From Phoronis australis (taxonomy: Eukaryota; Animalia; Phoronida), in contig NMRA01000160.1 in the NCBI GenBank assembly GCA_002633005.1, forward strand, positions 79,552 through 143,551: DNA of 64,000 nt. Direction: 5' to 3'. The notes under the pieces are model-generated. The model saw only the letters and a program-made list of their open reading frames with translations, was not told the origin of the DNA and ran no database searches. Within the stretch, counting starts at the first letter, position 1. Each line of letters starts with the position of its first letter. Shown here in pieces: positions 43,701 to 49,700 of this stretch. Made by a program: the position numbers and the translations under genes.

Positions 43701-46700
43701 TAAACTTTTTGTTTGAAAGCTTGATACTGATTCGTTCGTAGTTTCGGAACAGTCCTTTCTGCAGGTGTACAGCTATGTAGTAAAGCACCCAAAGTCATAA
43801 CAAACAAACAAATTAAAACGCTAGCAATATTTTGAGAGTGCATGTCTCATTATCATGCAATAAGTGGAATTAACAGTATGTAGCGGAATAAACAATGAAA
43901 TACCTGTGACAGTGGGAAGAAAGGAGATTGTTCCGACACTACGAGCAAATCAGTATCTTAAGCTTTCAAACAAAAAGCTTAGTCATGTTTTCAACGAAGT
44001 TTGTGTAAACGAAGGGCTGCTACCAAACTGCACTGTTTTCTAGTATTTATAAAAGGGTCAATAGTCGATGCGTTTTTGCCGTTGTTGATTTTGAAGCTAT
44101 AAATAAAAAATTTCCGTTTTCATTGCGCAGTGTAAGGACATTGCCTTTATGGAGTATAACAGTGAGCAGTGGTTCTCAAAGACTGGTGACACACTTCTTG
44201 GTAACAAGGTGCTATCTGTGGAGATCAAGAACACGGAGTCTCAGTTCATTGAAGAGGCAGTCAAGTTCAGGATAAGCACACCAGATGGCAGCATTGCCAC
44301 ACGCAGAGCCAGGTAAGTGGGAGCCATCTCAAGCAGAGAGTCTTGAACTTTCCTGACTTTATAAATGTCTAGGGTAGTTTCCAGAAAAAATGGGGACCAA
44401 TTTTGTCGGGCTTTGTAAAAGTTTTTGGGTAAATTCAGGTGAAGACCAAACAAAAATGAGACTTATTGAAAGGTTGTTCCAAGAAGCATAGCTATTCCCC
44501 AGTTGTGTTTATTTTTCTTGTGGACGTTTTACCAGTGTCAAGCAGGGACGCGTTCCATAAAGCTAGTCACCTAGGAGTCGTTTATGGCAAGAAAACTTGG
44601 GTTTACAGAACAGAAATAGTTTGCGTACAGTTTTCTCACGTAATCACATGATTTTAATGTACCTGAAAGAGCACTTCAGTGTCGGCCATTTTGTTAAAAT
44701 ATACGCGTGCTTGTAAAGTCCCAATCTTAGTCGCAAAACACTAACCTTTCACTCGTATGTCCATTGTTGCATAGTCTCGTAAGAATCCGGCTTTACAGAA
44801 TACCTTCCTTATCCCTCAGTCTTGAACGGACTTCTAGTTTCATCTACCTGATACTTCAGGTGTGCCTATTATGACGATGCGTCTAACACGTGGCGTACTA
44901 ACACCGACGTCTGCCAGGTGACCAACAACCTTGACCTTGGCCTAGATACATTTGTGGAGTGTTCGTGCAAACACATGTCGAGCTACGCAGTGCTGTATAC
45001 CGCCAAGGACCCCAACATCGTTGGTTATCCAGTCTGGTTCCACGTCTCCTGCTTTATTTGTATGGTGAGTGACTGTAAACGGTCCTTTGTAAACTTCATC
45101 CTTAATGTGTCCTCCTCGGCCTGCCCCCACTCCTGAAATGGGTAGGTAGGTTCACTTGGTACGAAAACAGGATTTTCCACTTTTTGTTGTAATGGCATAC
45201 TCGTTTTTGTTGCAAAAATGTTTTTTGTTTTAAAGTAATTGAAAAACAATTCTTTTGTGGTATTGCTAATGAAGTGTAGTAGTGCTTGCATATTCTGCAA
45301 TCAGTGACGCTAGGGTATCCAACCTCATGGTATTCCTAATCACAGTATTTTGCACTAATTAAAAGTGTCTCTTTTAATCGAATAATAACTCTATTCAGTG
45401 CATATAAATAATCTGAATTTTACTTAGTGGTGTTTCATGGCAGCTGTTGCGCTCCTGAAGGAGAATTTTCTTCATGATTGTTTTTATTGATGAATGGACG
45501 CAGGGGATTTCATCTGCTGCTTATCTTCCTCCACTGGTGGTGCTGCTGTTGTTTTCAAATGCATTGTGGGACTGTTTTCTGCTCACAGTGACTTGTCTCT
45601 AAAGTTACATAATAATGTTTACCTATGACTTCTCACTACAGTTTTATCCTCAGACTGATAGAATAATGTTTGCCAATATTGCTCACTTTCCCAGTGCATA
45701 CCCCCTGTCATGACAGAGGTTGCTTGGACAATGAATTCCACTTGCACCTTGTTGAAATTCCAGGTCATTAATGTTTACTTTCAGCCTGAACTGTAAATAA
45801 ACCATGGTGTCTTAGGGATTATTCTAAGATGTTTGTTGGTATTATCCCTGGTCAATGCCATTACATAACTTGAGATTTGGTAAATGGGTGATAAGCTGTA
45901 AATGCAAATTACCAGATGAGCTTAAAGCTCTTATCTGTGGGCAAACTTTTGTAAACAGTTGAGTAAAGCCTTTAAAGTATGACATAACGTTTTGCAAAAA
46001 TCTGTTCACAATATTGACAGACTTCCAGGACTATATTTGAATTACTATTATTACTCAAAGTGTGTCAGTTAAGTATTTGGGTGTTCTGCTTGATCCTCAC
46101 CTTACTATGAATCGTTGTCGTGTTCTGAATGCACAAAGTCTGAAATGTATAATTTGTCTTTTGTTTTTTATGTCAGTTTGACTCTGATTGGACCACTGTT
46201 TGGATGTCTTTTTGGTAAAAATCTAACAAAATAAAGAAAGTTACGTTCATAGCATAACAATGGCATCAATGTCCTTTGATATCAATTTGCAAGATGAAAT
46301 CTGAAAAAAAAACGTTTACATTTTTTTAAGTTATCAATTCGTTTTAATTTTTTTCAACTTCTGAGTTTTTTTACAAAGTAATTAAAAAATCTATCTTGAT
46401 TGTCCCTCTTGCTAAAGACAGAGCTTTAGTATCCATTTCATAAAGCATCATTCCTGAGAATGCCATTTGAATCTGATGAGTCATTTCTGAGATATGATAT
46501 TCTCTGAACTGCCAAATTTGGTCATTTTTGTAGGGTTCTAAATATATGGCTATTGGCGTATAATTCTGCAGTCTTTTCTGTAATTATCTGAATAAAAAAA
46601 TTGCGGGTATAATCTAACAATACAACTATTGAGGAATACAGTAAATAATGCACTGATATCTAATATCATGCCATATCACAGGTGTGTCCGGTCCTGCTTA

Positions 46701-49700
46701 TACCTGTCCCTGATACCATGCCCCATGTATACCAGTTATTTGTGATATTTATATTACCATTCTACATTACAGGCTGGTGTAGTCCTGGCGATACTTGCAG
46801 GCCACACCTGATATTCCTGATATCACTGTTCTACGTTACAACCTGGCCTATTCCTGGGTATATCTCACACCTCATTTGTTTCACATACACTAGAATTGAT
46901 ATTTGTGATATCATAACATGATAATTCTACATTACAGGCTGGCCTAGTCCTGGCTATTTTCTCTCATCGCATCTGTTCCATGTACACTTGATATTTGTGA
47001 TTTCGTAAAATCACAGTTCTACGTTACAGGCTGGCCTAGTCCTGGCTATACTCTCACATCACATTTGTTCCATTTACCTGATATTTGTAATATCATCATA
47101 TCACTACTTTACATTACAGGCTGGCGTAATACTGGCTATGCACTCACATCACATTTGTTCCACTTACCTGATATTTGTGATATCATCATATCACTATTCT
47201 ACATTACAGGCTGGCCTAGTCCTGGCTATACTCTCACATCACTTCTGTTCCATTTACCTGATATTTGTGATATCATCATATCACTATTCTACATTACAGG
47301 CTGGCCTAGTCCTGGCTATACTCTCACATCACATCTGTTCCATGTACACCATGTTTTCCGCTGGTCTACTCATGCATATGTGTTTTGCTGCTCTTGCGAC
47401 ACAGGTAAGTAGTTCATTTTCTCATCAAATGAGTAATTGCCGTTACAGGAGGAATGAGTTTGATGACCTCACGATATTTTCCATTTGTTATGTTCAAAAT
47501 CACTCGCTAGAACAAGACGGCTATTCTTCCATATGCTTGGCTAACATGTGAACTATATATTAGAGGGGGAATCGGACACTTTTTTGGAATCAATTGGAAA
47601 CCCTTTTGCAATAAAAGGTATCACCACACTATGTAATAGTATGTTTTCTTGGATTTAATCAGCTATTGAACCAGTACTTGTAATGTGGTGCTAGCAAACA
47701 ACTTTGGGGTCAGGTCTTAGTCCTCTTGACACACAGAACTGTTCTAATCAGAACAAGCATCACTATTGTGATCTTCCATGGTGAGCAGCCTCCGAGAAAA
47801 AGTCTGCACTTTTCCCGGTGTTTTTGAGCAGACGGACAAACAGCGCTGAGAATAATTCTTGGTAAACATGTCTGTGGCGTAAAGGCATTAGTTATGCGTG
47901 ACAAGGCCTCAGTGGCTGTAGCGTCTGACTCTGAATTAGATTGTTTTAGCTGATAAGGAGATAATGAGCCCCAAAAATTGTTTGAGTCTGTTCGTACAGA
48001 ATCATTTTATACTCTGCTATAGATCTGCTACGTGATTGCTGCCTACATTAGCCCAGAATATCTGTTGGTCAAGTCAACTACTGAAGACAATTACAGGTGT
48101 ATTGTGATGGGCGTCTTCATGCACTACTTTTTCTTGGCCCAATTCACCTGGATGTTGACGCAGGTAAGGTCAATGGACGTCGGCCCGCCTACAGGTGTGG
48201 TTCGACAATTTCCACAAGACGTAGGTGACTAGTGTCATTGCTGGCTGATGAGGAGGCAGTTTTCATTAACTTTTTTCGATATCTACTGTACATTGTGTTC
48301 GTTCGTGGCACAGGTTTCACCTCCGTCTTTTTCATGTTTGGAGGTCACCTTTAAGTTAGTATACAGGTGTGTTATTAGCCTCAGTTAAAAACGAGATTTA
48401 ATCCTCAGCCACCATGTTGGAATTGATAAAATATGCTGTGATGCTGTTGCTGTAAACACAGGAATACTCTTATTTGGGAAAAGTCATTTCTTTATTTTCT
48501 ATTGATGCCAAGTCCCCTAATTTACTTGATCCTGTGTGGACTTCCGCCCAGTTGCATGAAACAGTCCCAAATAGGACAACTCAACTATGCCTCTTAACTT
48601 CTTACCACATTTGTGGACTTGTGAAAATACTTATTGATTTTTCTTATGCTGTTTTGTTTTCATAACCATTTTGGCCTTTACACACACTGAGAGCAAATTC
48701 TAAGTTGATTTCTCAGTATTATTGGAAATCAATAGGGACTTTTTCACACAAAGCCCCCAATTTAAGGATTAAATTGATATTTGTTTTCACTGAAAAAAGG
48801 GCTCAGTTTTTAGATAAATTATTAGAAAATGGCACTGAGTCAAATAGGAGCTCGTAATGAAGATGAAATGATAGAAAAACACTTCATCTGCAAGACAGTA
48901 AACAAAGACACAAATTCGCAGAAGATTTAGCAAACTTAGTTGAGTCCCTACTTGGGACTGCACTGGTGTACACGAATTTGTGGATTGAATTTTAACTTGT
49001 TTGTTTCTCCGCAGGCGATAAACTTCTTCAAGATCCTGGTGATGAATGATGAACACACAGACCGTAAATATGTACTCTTCTTCCTGCTGGGATGGGGTCT
49101 ACCTGCGGTGGTGGTCGGCCTCTTCTACGCTGTCACTTACGTCGTTTACAGACAATTCGGCCTGCCGGATAACTTCATCTATGGAGATGTGAACAACAAC
49201 AGAGACATGTGAGTGACTGGTTTTGTCAGACATGTGAGTGACTGGTTTTGTCAGTCATGTGATGTGAACGAAGGACTTGCACTTTGAAACAATCGTTGGA
49301 GACATGTACCATCATACATTTTATGCAAATTTCTCAAATTGCTATAGAAACGGCAAAGCACTAAATGTGCATTTCCTACCGGGCAACTCTGAATGATCCG
49401 TGAGTCATTTGAATACAACTTTTGACCTTTTCAGATGTTTCATCACCAATGGTTATTCTGCGCTGGCGGGTCTCGTTGGCCCCGCCCTCATTTGCCTGTT
49501 TGTGGTGGCCATTTGTTTCACCAAGGCGTTCCAGGTCACACCTCAATGGCAGGCTTATGATGATGTGTATAGAGGGCGCTACAACATCAAAGGTTAGTCC
49601 ATTGGCTGATGTAGCTTTTATGTGGCGAGATAAACACCTGTTTAGAAGACTCCAATGTTTAAAAGGAATGAACTGAATACAATTTTGTTGTAAGTAGATG

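Noticed and set aside
46650-47349. Regularly spaced repeats considered as a CRISPR-like array
   Set aside because: Whole units are repeated with no unique spacers; eukaryotic intron context and no cas genes.
47065-47412. 115-aa ORF with 30-aa repeats (ITGWPSPGYTLTSHLFHLPDICDIIISLFY)
   Set aside because: Alternative frame of the 90-bp junction array; not in frame with the phase-0 donor of w46.
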